Below, in pieces: positions 1 through 8,786 of a stretch of 64,000 nucleotides of DNA. Where the stretch lies: assembly GCA_023539395.1 (NCBI GenBank), contig JAKCEX010000001.1:21193-85192 (forward strand), given 5' to 3'. A model generated the notes under the pieces. That model was not told the origin of the DNA, ran no database searches, and saw only the letters and a program-made list of their open reading frames with translations. Source of the DNA: Candidatus Geocrenenecus arthurdayi (lineage in GTDB: Archaea > Thermoproteota > Nitrososphaeria_A > Caldarchaeales > Wolframiiraptoraceae). Numbering within the stretch: the first letter of the stretch is position 1; each line of letters begins with the position of its first letter. Both the position numbers and the translations under genes were made by a program.

Positions 1-496
1 TAAACATGTTATCGAGAATATGAGTATGGTTAAGTATGTTTGTGAGATGGATGCAGATGGAAGCCATCCAGCAGAAATTCTTCCAGAAATGGTTGCTCTA
101 GCTGAGAAGGAAGGATACGACATTATTATTGCATCAAGATATATTAGTCGTGGGAGATGGGAAGAGAAGAGTCTTATCAGGAGGATCATCAGTAGAGGGG
201 CCAACCTCTTAGCTAGAATATCAACAGGTATTAATGTTAGCGATCTAACATCTGGTTATAGAGTTATAAGACTCAGCGTATTGAAGGAAGTTGTAGACAG
301 ACTTTCAGAATTAAACTCAGGATACATCTTTCAAGTAGAGTTAATCCATCTATTACATAAAGCAGGAGCAAGGATAGGTGAATACCCATTAATCTTTAAG
401 CCTAGAATGTATGGCAGATCAAAACTTGGGAAAAGAGAGATTATCTCGTTTGCTTCATGGTGTATAAAGAATTTAGTGAGGAGGTGGATCCCTTGA
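1..496 (+). CDS. Family 2 glycosyltransferase, dolichol-phosphate mannosyltransferase-like. The 5' end is truncated by the window edge.
   Basis: The reading frame is open from position 2. The translation carries GT2 motifs (DADGSH, YISRG, TSGYR) that normally sit in the middle or C-terminal half of Dpm1-like enzymes. Confidence 0.5.
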   Translation, partial: KHVIENMSMVKYVCEMDADGSHPAEILPEMVALAEKEGYDIIIASRYISRGRWEEKSLIRRIISRGANLLARISTGINVSDLTSGYRVIRLSVLKEVVDRLSELNSGYIFQVELIHLLHKAGARIGEYPLIFKPRMYGRSKLGKREIISFASWCIKNLVRRWIP

Positions 497-1479
497 AGAG
501 ATTGAAAGATTTAGGTGAAAAATGGATAGTAGATTACATTAACTCTACTTTAAAGAAGCTTCAAGGAACACTTCTACCGATTGGAGATGACGCAGTAGAT
601 TTAGCTCCCACTACTAGGCTCTTAGTCTCAGTGGATATGATGGTTCAGCGTACAGATATACCTGAAGGTATGAGTTGGAGAGACGTAGGTTACAGAGCTA
701 TAACAAGTACTACAAGCGATATTGCCTCAAAAGGAGGGAAGCCAATAGCATACTTAACATCACTCGCACTCCCCCCAGACATGAGTATAGAGGACTTCAA
801 AGAATTATGGAGAGGCATATTGGAAGCAGCAGAATTATATGGTGGAGTAGTAGTTGGAGGTGATACAAATAGTGGAGACCAGGTAATCATTGATGTAGTT
901 TGTATAGCTGAAGCTCCTAAGAAAATTATTCCTAGAAGTGGAGCGAAACCTGGAGATATAGTTGCTGTAACAGGGTTATTCGGTGTGGAGGCAGCGGGAC
1001 TTCATGCATTAATTAATAAAGTTGAGAGACCTATCTCAAGAAAAGTTATTGAAGAGATGGTTCGACCAACTGCACGTATTAAGGAGGGGCTCATATTAAC
1101 TAAGTTTGCGTCTGCTTCGATTGATTCAAGTGATGGCTTAGCAGAATCGTTACATCTACTCTCAGAAGCTAGTAAAGTAGGATTTAGAATTATTAACCCG
1201 CCAGTAGATCCCCTCGCAGTAGAATACTCGAAGCAAGTTGGTGTAGACTTATTCAACCTCGTATTCTATGGTGGAGAAGAATATGAACTAGTTGTAACTA
1301 TACCTAGAGAAGATTGGAGTTTAGCTCGTGTAGAGATTGAGAAAGCTGGGGGAAATCTAATTGAGATAGGATATGTAATAGATGAGCTTGGAGTTATTGA
1401 AGTTCTATGGAATAATCAATTTAGAAGTTTATCTAGGAGAGGCTACCTACACTTCGCAGATTACTCATATCCTTGGTAA
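457..1479 (+). CDS. thiL: Thiamine-monophosphate kinase-like protein of the AIR-synthase-related (PurM) superfamily.
   Basis: 340 aa. It has the N-terminal LPIGDDAVDL motif and a PurM-like domain organisation. It overlaps the upstream gene by about 40 nt. Confidence 0.55.
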   Translation: MVYKEFSEEVDPLKRLKDLGEKWIVDYINSTLKKLQGTLLPIGDDAVDLAPTTRLLVSVDMMVQRTDIPEGMSWRDVGYRAITSTTSDIASKGGKPIAYLTSLALPPDMSIEDFKELWRGILEAAELYGGVVVGGDTNSGDQVIIDVVCIAEAPKKIIPRSGAKPGDIVAVTGLFGVEAAGLHALINKVERPISRKVIEEMVRPTARIKEGLILTKFASASIDSSDGLAESLHLLSEASKVGFRIINPPVDPLAVEYSKQVGVDLFNLVFYGGEEYELVVTIPREDWSLARVEIEKAGGNLIEIGYVIDELGVIEVLWNNQFRSLSRRGYLHFADYSYPW

Positions 1480-1988
1480 AGATACTTGTAGTAGAGTAAT
1501 GCTAGGAGAGTCTTCCCATCTACTTCATCTCTCTTCTTTAATTCTTCTATTGCTTCATCTATATCCATCTCAATTATTGTTAATTCTTCATCTTCTTCCA
1601 GCTTCTGAGTAGATTTCTCTAACTCAGATGCAACATATATGTAGATAGACTCTGTTGAGTATCCTGGACTAGGATAGATCGTTAACATCTTCTTTAATAT
1701 TCCAGCTTTATAGCCTGTTTCTTCTTCCAACTCTCTTAATGCACATTCATCTGTGGATTCTCCAGCCTTTATTGTCCCCGCAGGTACTTCTAGTATCCAT
1801 TTACCTACAGGATACCTATATTGATTAATTAAGAGAATTCTACCCCTTGATATTACTGGTAGTATTGCAACTGCTCCAGGATGTTCTACAACCTCTCTAA
1901 CCCTTATTTCTTTATCTTTTAGATAATCTATTCTCAATCTTACAACCCTGCCACTATAGATTACCTTACTCTCCTTAATCTCAGGCAT
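1461..1988 (-). CDS. NUDIX hydrolase, ADP-ribose pyrophosphatase-like.
   Basis: The Nudix box GESTDECALRELEEETGY is present. The ORF track extends to 2141, but the first 51 codons are low-complexity and hydrophobic, so the likely start is the ATG near 1988 (MPEIKESK). Confidence 0.6.
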   Translation of the reverse strand: MPEIKESKVIYSGRVVRLRIDYLKDKEIRVREVVEHPGAVAILPVISRGRILLINQYRYPVGKWILEVPAGTIKAGESTDECALRELEEETGYKAGILKKMLTIYPSPGYSTESIYIYVASELEKSTQKLEEDEELTIIEMDIDEAIEELKKRDEVDGKTLLALLYYKYLYQGYE

Positions 1989-2320
1989 ATTATAATATGA
2001 GCTACTAAGGAGGAAAAATAGATTAACGAAGAAAATTGTAGATAAAGATACAGCATAGGGATTTTTAAAGTGTAAGCAAGAATTGAAGGAGGACATTTTA
2101 TCTCCACGGGGATACTCTATAGGTTTAAAATTATAGTGCAAGGTCTGCGGACAGAGGAAGAATTGATATAATATGATGGATGACGCGTTAGACTGTTTAT
2201 TCTAGAGGTTGTACAGGTAGTTTGAAGCGGTGAACTATTATATGTAGAGGGTGGGTGAGTTATAAAGACTGGTTATATTAAGGGGGAATTTTTAACAATA
2301 AGCTTAACGTTACTCTAATT

Positions 2321-3415
2321 ATGCGTGTAAGAGAATTATTCAACTACTTTAAGCCGTATGGTTTCGAGATACCTAATTGGAGGATAGCAGAAGAATATGG
2401 TCTTGATCCAAGAGAGATTATTAGAATGGACTTGAATACTTCTCCATATCTACCTCAAAAATGGTTAAAGAATCTTGAATCCAAGATTCCTACGTTGAAG
2501 ATTAACCAGTATCCTGATGCTACTTATAGAGACTTAGTAGAGGAGATATCCAGCTATGCTAGAGTGAAGGCTGAGAAGATAATCCCCACGAATGGTGGAG
2601 ATGAAGCAATCGATATTATTGTTAAAGCATTTATAGATTCTGGTTGTGAAGCAATACTTTCATCTCCAACCTACGATTATTTCAGAGTATCCGTTGAACT
2701 TCAGGGAGGCAGAGTAATCAATATTCAAAGAAGAGAAAACTTTGCAGATAATGTAGAAGCTATTCTCTCAGCTATTAATGATAGGACAAGGGTAATCTTT
2801 CTATGTAGCCCGAACAATCCAACTGGGAACACTATACAATACAATGATGTTCTAAACATTCTAGATAAAGCCTTAGACATAGCAGTAGTAATTGATGAAG
2901 CATATTATGAATACTGTGGTAAAACATTCATAGAGCTTACTGAAACCTACGATAACCTAATAATTGTGAGGACTTTATCGAAAGCTTTCGGTTTAGCAGG
3001 AGCAAGAGTAGGATACATTGTAGCATCAAGAGAAGCAGCAAAACTATTGAATAAGGTTAGACCACCGAATAGCTTAAACCTAATAGCTATCGAGTTAGCT
3101 AAGATTGCGTTAAGAGACTATGAAACAGCCCTTAAGAATGTGAGGAAAACAATCAAAGAAAGAGAGAGGGTTAGAGAGCTTCTCTCTACTATACCTAAAA
3201 TCAAAGCTTATCCTTCTGAAGCTAACTTCATACTATTCCAGCTACTAGAAGGTGATACAAAACTACTTCATAGAAAACTTATGGAGAAAGGTATAGTTAT
3301 CAGGTACCTAGATCCCAGCTGGCTCCAATCATATTTAAGAGTAACAATATCGCTTCCTGAACATAATAATAGATTCTTGAAAACACTAGAAAGGATACTT
3401 AAAGAAGAAATGTAA
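2321..3415 (+). CDS. hisC: Class II aminotransferase of the HisC family (histidinol-phosphate or aromatic aminotransferase).
   Basis: 364 aa. The PLP-lysine context SKAFGLAGARVGY is present, with the overall HisC fold. Confidence 0.6.
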   Translation: MRVRELFNYFKPYGFEIPNWRIAEEYGLDPREIIRMDLNTSPYLPQKWLKNLESKIPTLKINQYPDATYRDLVEEISSYARVKAEKIIPTNGGDEAIDIIVKAFIDSGCEAILSSPTYDYFRVSVELQGGRVINIQRRENFADNVEAILSAINDRTRVIFLCSPNNPTGNTIQYNDVLNILDKALDIAVVIDEAYYEYCGKTFIELTETYDNLIIVRTLSKAFGLAGARVGYIVASREAAKLLNKVRPPNSLNLIAIELAKIALRDYETALKNVRKTIKERERVRELLSTIPKIKAYPSEANFILFQLLEGDTKLLHRKLMEKGIVIRYLDPSWLQSYLRVTISLPEHNNRFLKTLERILKEEM

Positions 3416-3656
3416 ACTAAGTCTATTCTCTATTCATTGATAAAGATGAAAGTAGAAGTAAATGTTGACCCCAGATCCATTCTAAAAACTAGAAACAAAA
3501 ACAAATACAATACACAAACATACACTACAAACTAGCTAAACAATATATCAAGGTAGAAAACTACTGAGAAGAAGGATTTGATTAACCTCTAAATACCACT
3601 TAAACTAGGATTCAGACTGTAGGATAAAAATTCACACCATGCAGAGCTACTACCCT

Positions 3657-3731
3657 GGGCCCGTAGCTCAGCATGGATAGAGCATCGGCCTTCTAAGCCG
3701 GGGGTCGGGGGTTCGAGTCCCCCCGGGCCCG
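3657..3731 (+). tRNA. tRNA-Arg(TCT)
   Basis: Cloverleaf parsed by eye. The acceptor is gggcccg/cgggccc, the D arm is gctc/gagc, the anticodon loop is cttctaa and the T loop is ttcgagt. There is no intron. Confidence 0.8.
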
Positions 3732-3840
3732 CTACTCAAATAATGAGTCGGATGGATATTTGTAAAATAAATTGTATAGCTGAAGGTTAAATTTTCACTA
3801 GATGCGTTAAATTGGATTGAGATTTTCCTAAAGGTATTGA

Positions 3841-3944
3841 TGCCCCGGGCAGGATTTGAACCTGCGACAACCCGGTTCCTCAAGGATATTTTGATGTTTC
3901 TTGATTCTTCAGCCGGGCGCTCTCCCGGGCTGAGCTACCGGGGC
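3841..3944 (-). tRNA. tRNA-Phe(GAA) with an intron of about 30 nt at the canonical 37/38 position.
   Basis: The reverse complement folds with acceptor gccccgg/ccggggc, anticodon loop ctGAAg|intron|a and T loop ttcaaat. The ORF-track 71-aa ORF over this region is spurious. Confidence 0.7.
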
Positions 3945-4058
3945 CATTTCTCTATTTATTCATAGTTTCTTAAAAACCTTCACTATTCTTCTAATTTACA
4001 TGCTTTTTGTGCTTTTTACGATTTTCTCGGTATGTCTTTCATGGCTTTCTGGTTATTC

Positions 4059-5363
4059 TTATTGTTTCTTTATGTTCTTTGCAAATTCTTCTGTTACTTG
4101 TATTAATCTTTCTATATCGTTTATTGTGTGAGCTGATGAGATGAAGAATTGTGGGTTTTCATAAGTTAATGCTATAATATTGCTTTCTAGTAGATGCTGG
4201 AAGTATTTTCTTGATTTTTCCTTATCCTTCATTGTTTGAGCTGTTTTTACATCCCTAGGTTTGATCGGTGTAAAGTGTACTCCCACTAATGATCCTATAC
4301 CAGTTGTATAGCCTAGATTATGTCTTTCAAGTATTTCACCGATGTCTTTTCTAAGTTTTTCTCCAAGTGTGTTTATATGATTGTATATCTCAGGTCTTCT
4401 TTCAAGTTCTGAGAGTAATGTGTATCCAGCCGAGGTCATAAGCATGTTTGCTGAGAATGTCCCGCCTTGGAAGGCTCTTTCATGGTAGTTCCTATATTTT
4501 AGTTGGTTAAGTAGCTCCATATACTCATCTCTTCCTCCAAATGCTCCTACTGCGAATTCTCCTCCACCAACTATTTTACCGAGCGTTGTAATATCAGGTG
4601 TCACACCGTATATCTTCTGAGCACCTCCAGTTGAGAGTCTAAAACCAGTTATTACTTCATCAAATATTAGTAATGCACCTATTTTATCACATATCTCTCT
4701 AAGCCCTTTCAAGAATTCTCTCTCAGCTGGTATCATTCCTCCTGCTCCAGCAACAGGTTCAACTATTATCCCTGCAATTTCAGTTTTCTCTACAGCTTTC
4801 TCTACTGCTTCTAAGTCATTGTATGGTAGGATTACCGTATCTTTTACTGCTCCATAGGTTAAACCAGCATAAACTTTCTCATATGGAGGTACTACAGCAA
4901 CGTGTAGCGTATCATATCCACCATGCCAGTTTCCTTCAAACTTAACGATAGCCGCCCTCTTTGTATATGCTCTAGCTAATCTTACAGCATACATATTTGC
5001 TTCTGTACCACTATTAGTGAATCTAACTTTTTCTATACTTGGAACCATTCTATGTATTTGTTCTGCAAGACGTATCTCCCATTCATGTGGTAAGCCTACA
5101 TGTATCCCTAACTCAATTTGTCTACGGATAGCCTCTATTACTGGTGGATAGTTATGCCCCATGATCTTAGCTCCATGCCCAATCCAGTAATCAGTATACT
5201 CGTTCCCATCAACATCTATCAATTTCTGACCGTAAGCTTTAGAAACATAGAAAGGATAAGGCTCAAAATATCTAATTGAGTAACTTACACCTCCTGGTAG
5301 ATACTTTTTAGCAATCTCAAATAATTGGCGGGATCTTAAAGTTGAAGATTCAAACTTACTCAT
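4059..5363 (-). CDS. Glutamate-1-semialdehyde 2,1-aminomutase-like class III aminotransferase. It is the second paralog in the window.
   Basis: 434 aa with GSA-AM family architecture, but clearly diverged from the hemL copy at 48049..49329. Confidence 0.6.
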   Translation of the reverse strand: MSKFESSTLRSRQLFEIAKKYLPGGVSYSIRYFEPYPFYVSKAYGQKLIDVDGNEYTDYWIGHGAKIMGHNYPPVIEAIRRQIELGIHVGLPHEWEIRLAEQIHRMVPSIEKVRFTNSGTEANMYAVRLARAYTKRAAIVKFEGNWHGGYDTLHVAVVPPYEKVYAGLTYGAVKDTVILPYNDLEAVEKAVEKTEIAGIIVEPVAGAGGMIPAEREFLKGLREICDKIGALLIFDEVITGFRLSTGGAQKIYGVTPDITTLGKIVGGGEFAVGAFGGRDEYMELLNQLKYRNYHERAFQGGTFSANMLMTSAGYTLLSELERRPEIYNHINTLGEKLRKDIGEILERHNLGYTTGIGSLVGVHFTPIKPRDVKTAQTMKDKEKSRKYFQHLLESNIIALTYENPQFFISSAHTINDIERLIQVTEEFAKNIKKQ

Positions 5364-5447
5364 ACCTTCCCTCCTTAGAAGGACCTTCTAGGTTTTAAGC
5401 ATATCTTAACTCGGAATGTGAAAAATAATGCGGAGGGATGGTCAACC

Positions 5448-5912
5448 TCAGGAAGGTGGTTTTATCTCGAATGTTTTTGGATCCATGTATGAGTAGTACC
5501 AGAGTATTGTCTCACCATTGCTTAGGACATACTTATCGCATGCTGACCCACCATGAGCCCATCCTAGGTTCGTCCACAACCACCAAGTCCAATACATTGA
5601 CTGCTCAATAGACTGCTCCACTCCATTAATGGCCTTCACGTATAATCCCATAGTGCCATAAGGCTCCGCGTCAACTCTCCATCCAGCTTTTAACATGGCA
5701 TCATACAACGTTAACCCCATAGTTCCATTAAACCAATGCCTAGTGCCATTTCCATAATCTATCCCTAGGTTTATGACAGCTTTAGATTTCTCAAGCCTCG
5801 ACATTAGGTCCGTGTACTGATAATAGTAATAGCTGGATAAGAGTGATGCAGCGATCGCCCAGCAGAGGATGCATACTAAGGCTAAAACCCACTTATTTCT
5901 TAGAAATGCCAT
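5448..5912 (-). CDS. Secreted or membrane-anchored protein, possibly DUF4430-like (transcobalamin-like fold).
   Basis: It has an N-terminal TM or signal segment. The Trp/Tyr-rich C-terminal domain ends in the motif NGETILWYY. It overlaps the upstream ECF-S-like gene by about 20 nt. Confidence 0.35.
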   Translation of the reverse strand: MAFLRNKWVLALVCILCWAIAASLLSSYYYYQYTDLMSRLEKSKAVINLGIDYGNGTRHWFNGTMGLTLYDAMLKAGWRVDAEPYGTMGLYVKAINGVEQSIEQSMYWTWWLWTNLGWAHGGSACDKYVLSNGETILWYYSYMDPKTFEIKPPS

Positions 5913-6465
5913 GACCCCACCTCCTAGAAGCTCTCTCCAAGACTGTGAGTAATGGAATTGAGCATATCCCGAAGAGGACTGCGTTACCTGCTTGGTGGAT
6001 TATCGCGAATGGTATTCCTGTGATCAATGCTACGATGAGCGGGATATTGAATGTAAGTGCGAAGGCGATGTTCGTAGCTAGGTCGTAGAGGAATGTAAGG
6101 AGGAATCCTACTGCGCCGAATAGTATGCTTAACTGGGTTTTATCACTAGAAAGGTTCATCATTGATAACGACTTACCGAGAATGCCTCCTGCGATGCCGT
6201 AGACCGACTCTGATAACATAGTCGCGACCCATATCTGAGGAACGAAGCCGTAGGGGTTCAGTACTCCATAGATAGCCCAGATGAGAATACCAACGGAAGC
6301 GCCGATTAGAGAACCATAGAGGAATCCAGTTATGAAAACTAGGAGATCCATTATCTTGAGGTTCGCAAATCCTATTAAGACATAGTTTGAGCCTAGGCTT
6401 GCGGCCACTGTAACAGCTATCAAACTAACTTTCCTGCTGTTCGGCATGTTGGATGGATAATCCAT
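5893..6465 (-). CDS. ECF-type transporter substrate-specific (S) component-like membrane protein.
   Basis: 190 aa with about 6 predicted TM helices, the usual size and Gly-rich helix pattern of ECF S-components. No A or T components lie nearby. Confidence 0.4.
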   Translation of the reverse strand: MDYPSNMPNSRKVSLIAVTVAASLGSNYVLIGFANLKIMDLLVFITGFLYGSLIGASVGILIWAIYGVLNPYGFVPQIWVATMLSESVYGIAGGILGKSLSMMNLSSDKTQLSILFGAVGFLLTFLYDLATNIAFALTFNIPLIVALITGIPFAIIHQAGNAVLFGICSIPLLTVLERASRRWGHGISKK

Positions 6466-6579
6466 CCAACATTTTAACTTTACTATCTACATATAGTCAA
6501 GTCAAATATATAAGTTTATACAACAATAGGCAGGGATCCTTAGTAAAATTAATAAATTAAAAACAAAAAGCAAGTAACT

Positions 6580-6900
6580 ATGAGTGAATATATTCAGGTT
6601 TTAACCACGGTGGATTCTAGAGAAAAAGCTGAAGAGATTGCTGGAAAGCTGCTTAATGCTAGGCTTGCAGCATGTATTCAGATTATTGGTCCAATTAAAT
6701 CTATGTATTGGTGGAAGGGGGTAATTGAATATTCTCAGGAGTGGATATGCTTAGTTAAGACTAAGGCTGAAATGTATAATAAGGTTGAAAGCATGATTAA
6801 GAATAGCCATAGTTATGAAGTACCTGAGATAATCGCAATACCAGTAATTCATGGATACGACAAGTATTTAGAATGGTTAACAAGCGAATTGAAGATGTAA
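6580..6900 (+). CDS. cutA: Divalent-cation tolerance protein CutA.
   Basis: 106 aa. CutA1-type motifs are present (VLTTVDS.E.AE.IA..LL..RLAACIQI ... SxYxWKG). Confidence 0.7.
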   Translation: MSEYIQVLTTVDSREKAEEIAGKLLNARLAACIQIIGPIKSMYWWKGVIEYSQEWICLVKTKAEMYNKVESMIKNSHSYEVPEIIAIPVIHGYDKYLEWLTSELKM

Positions 6901-6941
6901 CTTAATTATGTGCAGCTCAGCAATATTGTTTATCCATCTTC

Positions 6942-7433
6942 TTAGATTTTCTCAAGCTTTTCTACCAAATCTTTAAGAGAATTCTTTACTTCTTGGAGTA
7001 GTATTTCTAGCTTCTGACTTTTCTTTCTTTCTTCTTCAAGTCTTACCTTCAATTCTTCTAATTCTTTCGTAGATGGTAGGTCGATCTTAACCCCTTCTCT
7101 TAGAAACTTTTCTAGAGTTTGGCGAACTAGTTGGCCTGCTTTGGTTTTACCCATAAGGTGGTTACGTATTGTTGATTCAGTTCTACCTATATCTTCAGCT
7201 ATCTGGCTTATAGTCATCTTTGCTTTCTCCCTCGCAATAGCTGCAGCTGCTACAGCTAGAGAATCAACCCAGGTCAATCTCTCAGATGGGTTTCTCAATT
7301 CTTCTAATACTTCAGGTCTGAACAAGGTACCTACAAGGAGAGCATACTCAAGTTTATGTATCTCTTCTCTACCAATCGGTGATAATGGTATTTCTTCACT
7401 CATATCTTCCACCGATGATTTTAATTGTTTCAC
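6942..7433 (-). CDS. HTH DNA-binding protein with a C-terminal coiled coil.
   Basis: The helix-turn-helix is [20 protein letters not shown], followed by a heptad-rich tail rich in Glu, Lys and Leu. It overlaps the upstream KaiC-like gene by about 38 nt. The start may instead be the internal MSEEIP. Confidence 0.35.
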   Translation of the reverse strand: MKQLKSSVEDMSEEIPLSPIGREEIHKLEYALLVGTLFRPEVLEELRNPSERLTWVDSLAVAAAAIAREKAKMTISQIAEDIGRTESTIRNHLMGKTKAGQLVRQTLEKFLREGVKIDLPSTKELEELKVRLEEERKKSQKLEILLQEVKNSLKDLVEKLEKI

Positions 7434-8139
7434 CTGCTTTTATCTCTATCCCTTTACTTGTGATTATGAATGGGTGGCGTCTCATAGAATGCGCTGTCCC
7501 ACGCATCTTCCATACGATTATGCTTCTCTTCAATTCTCCATCTACTTCATCAAGATCTAATCTAATTATACCGTCTGCAGCATGTTCTACACCTGGACCG
7601 CCGAAACCTCTCTCGGTAACACTTACTTGTGAAATCAGTATTGATGTGCATCCCATGCCTGATAAGACTTTCTTTAATTGAAGAACCATGCTTCTCGCTA
7701 GTGCTGGCTTAGTTATGTATAATGTTGTAACGGAGTCTATTACTGCTCTCTCTGCATTTACATCTTTTATTGCATCTCTAAGGGTATCTACTAGTAGCTG
7801 GAAGTCTCCTGGATCCTTTACTACGTATTTTTCTCTCTTCGCAGCTTCACCTATCCCAGCAGTAAATGCATCTACCATGGCGAATAACCCTTTCTCTTCA
7901 TATGATTTAACATCCCATCCAAATTGAGACATAGAGATTCTAACCTGTACTGGATGTTCTTCTAGAACTACTAGTATTCCTGGCTCCCCACGTAGTAAGC
8001 CGTTATAAAGATATTGTTGACCAAATATTGATTTTCCTGTTCCAGGTCCACCAGATAATAATACTACATTCCTTTTTGGTATACCTCCACCTAATATTTC
8101 ATCCAGCCCCGCTATACCTGTTATTATTCTTTCAACCAA
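7396..8139 (-). CDS. Single-domain KaiC/RadA-paralog (aRadC-like) RecA-superfamily ATPase.
   Basis: 247 aa. The Walker A is GGPGTGKS and the N-terminus is the KaiC-like [15 protein letters not shown] Walker B and the RecA-like core are present. Confidence 0.65.
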   Translation of the reverse strand: MVERIITGIAGLDEILGGGIPKRNVVLLSGGPGTGKSIFGQQYLYNGLLRGEPGILVVLEEHPVQVRISMSQFGWDVKSYEEKGLFAMVDAFTAGIGEAAKREKYVVKDPGDFQLLVDTLRDAIKDVNAERAVIDSVTTLYITKPALARSMVLQLKKVLSGMGCTSILISQVSVTERGFGGPGVEHAADGIIRLDLDEVDGELKRSIIVWKMRGTAHSMRRHPFIITSKGIEIKAGETIKIIGGRYE

Positions 8140-8160
8140 TTTGAACCCTGATGAAAACTA

Positions 8161-8748
8161 TTAATCCTTTTTCAAAAACATTTCTAGCCTTGGTAGGATA
8201 ACAATACATTCATCTGGGTCTCCAACCTCAATGTACATCTTCTTTATGTATGCTATCCCTGTTAAGCTGCATGTAACTGCATCTAGTTCATGTCCGCTTT
8301 CATCACATCTTAAACCTTTGACGCCTATACTGATTAATCCTTCCTTAAGTAGGATAGTTCCTCTACTTTTCCTAGGTATTCCAAGCAGGTCTTGTGTACC
8401 ACCAGGATAAACCTCGATTACGCAGTATCCAGATTCTTCTAGTTTTTCTTTTAGCTTGATAGCTCTCTCAGCTAGAATCTTCATCCCTATGAGGGTAGGT
8501 GGAAATACATGGATACCCATCTCGACCAGCTTCCTATCGCAGGACCTTAGGGCTTGACCTGGCTTAGGTAAGCTTAACGGTGCATCTATCGCAACTACTT
8601 CTGGGTCGGAGGAAAATATGAAATCTAATATTTCATGGTCCATTCTTGATAAACATGATTCACAGTAAAGGTCGAGGTTCATCCTACACAGCCCAGTATA
8701 TCTTTTAGGGGAGCCTGCGAGGTCAACTCCTACGGAAGCCCACTTCAT
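8161..8748 (-). CDS. Hypothetical protein with a YqgF/RuvC-like RNase H fold (DUF429-like).
   Basis: The N-terminal VGVDLAGSPKRYTG resembles the YqgF/RuvC-type D..G.KR.G motif. The gene sits 21 nt upstream of the KaiC-like gene on the same strand. Confidence 0.35.
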   Translation of the reverse strand: MKWASVGVDLAGSPKRYTGLCRMNLDLYCESCLSRMDHEILDFIFSSDPEVVAIDAPLSLPKPGQALRSCDRKLVEMGIHVFPPTLIGMKILAERAIKLKEKLEESGYCVIEVYPGGTQDLLGIPRKSRGTILLKEGLISIGVKGLRCDESGHELDAVTCSLTGIAYIKKMYIEVGDPDECIVILPRLEMFLKKD

Positions 8749-8786
8749 TCCATCTATATAGTAAATTGTAATGGTATCCTATTATC

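Noticed and set aside
3416-3656. A CA-rich low-complexity stretch (aaacaaaaacaaatacaatacacaaacatacactacaaac) upstream of tRNA-Arg. It was considered as a possible C/D-box sRNA or repeat.
   Set aside because: No C box (RUGAUGA) and D box (CUGA) are found in the correct arrangement and there is no internal periodicity. It is most likely a promoter or spacer of skewed composition.
3668-3883. 71-aa ORF on the minus strand spanning the tRNA-Arg and tRNA-Phe genes.
   Set aside because: It lies entirely over two well-folded tRNA genes and their spacer. Its composition is rich in Gly, Pro and Arg, as expected from translating GC-rich tRNA sequence. It is spurious.
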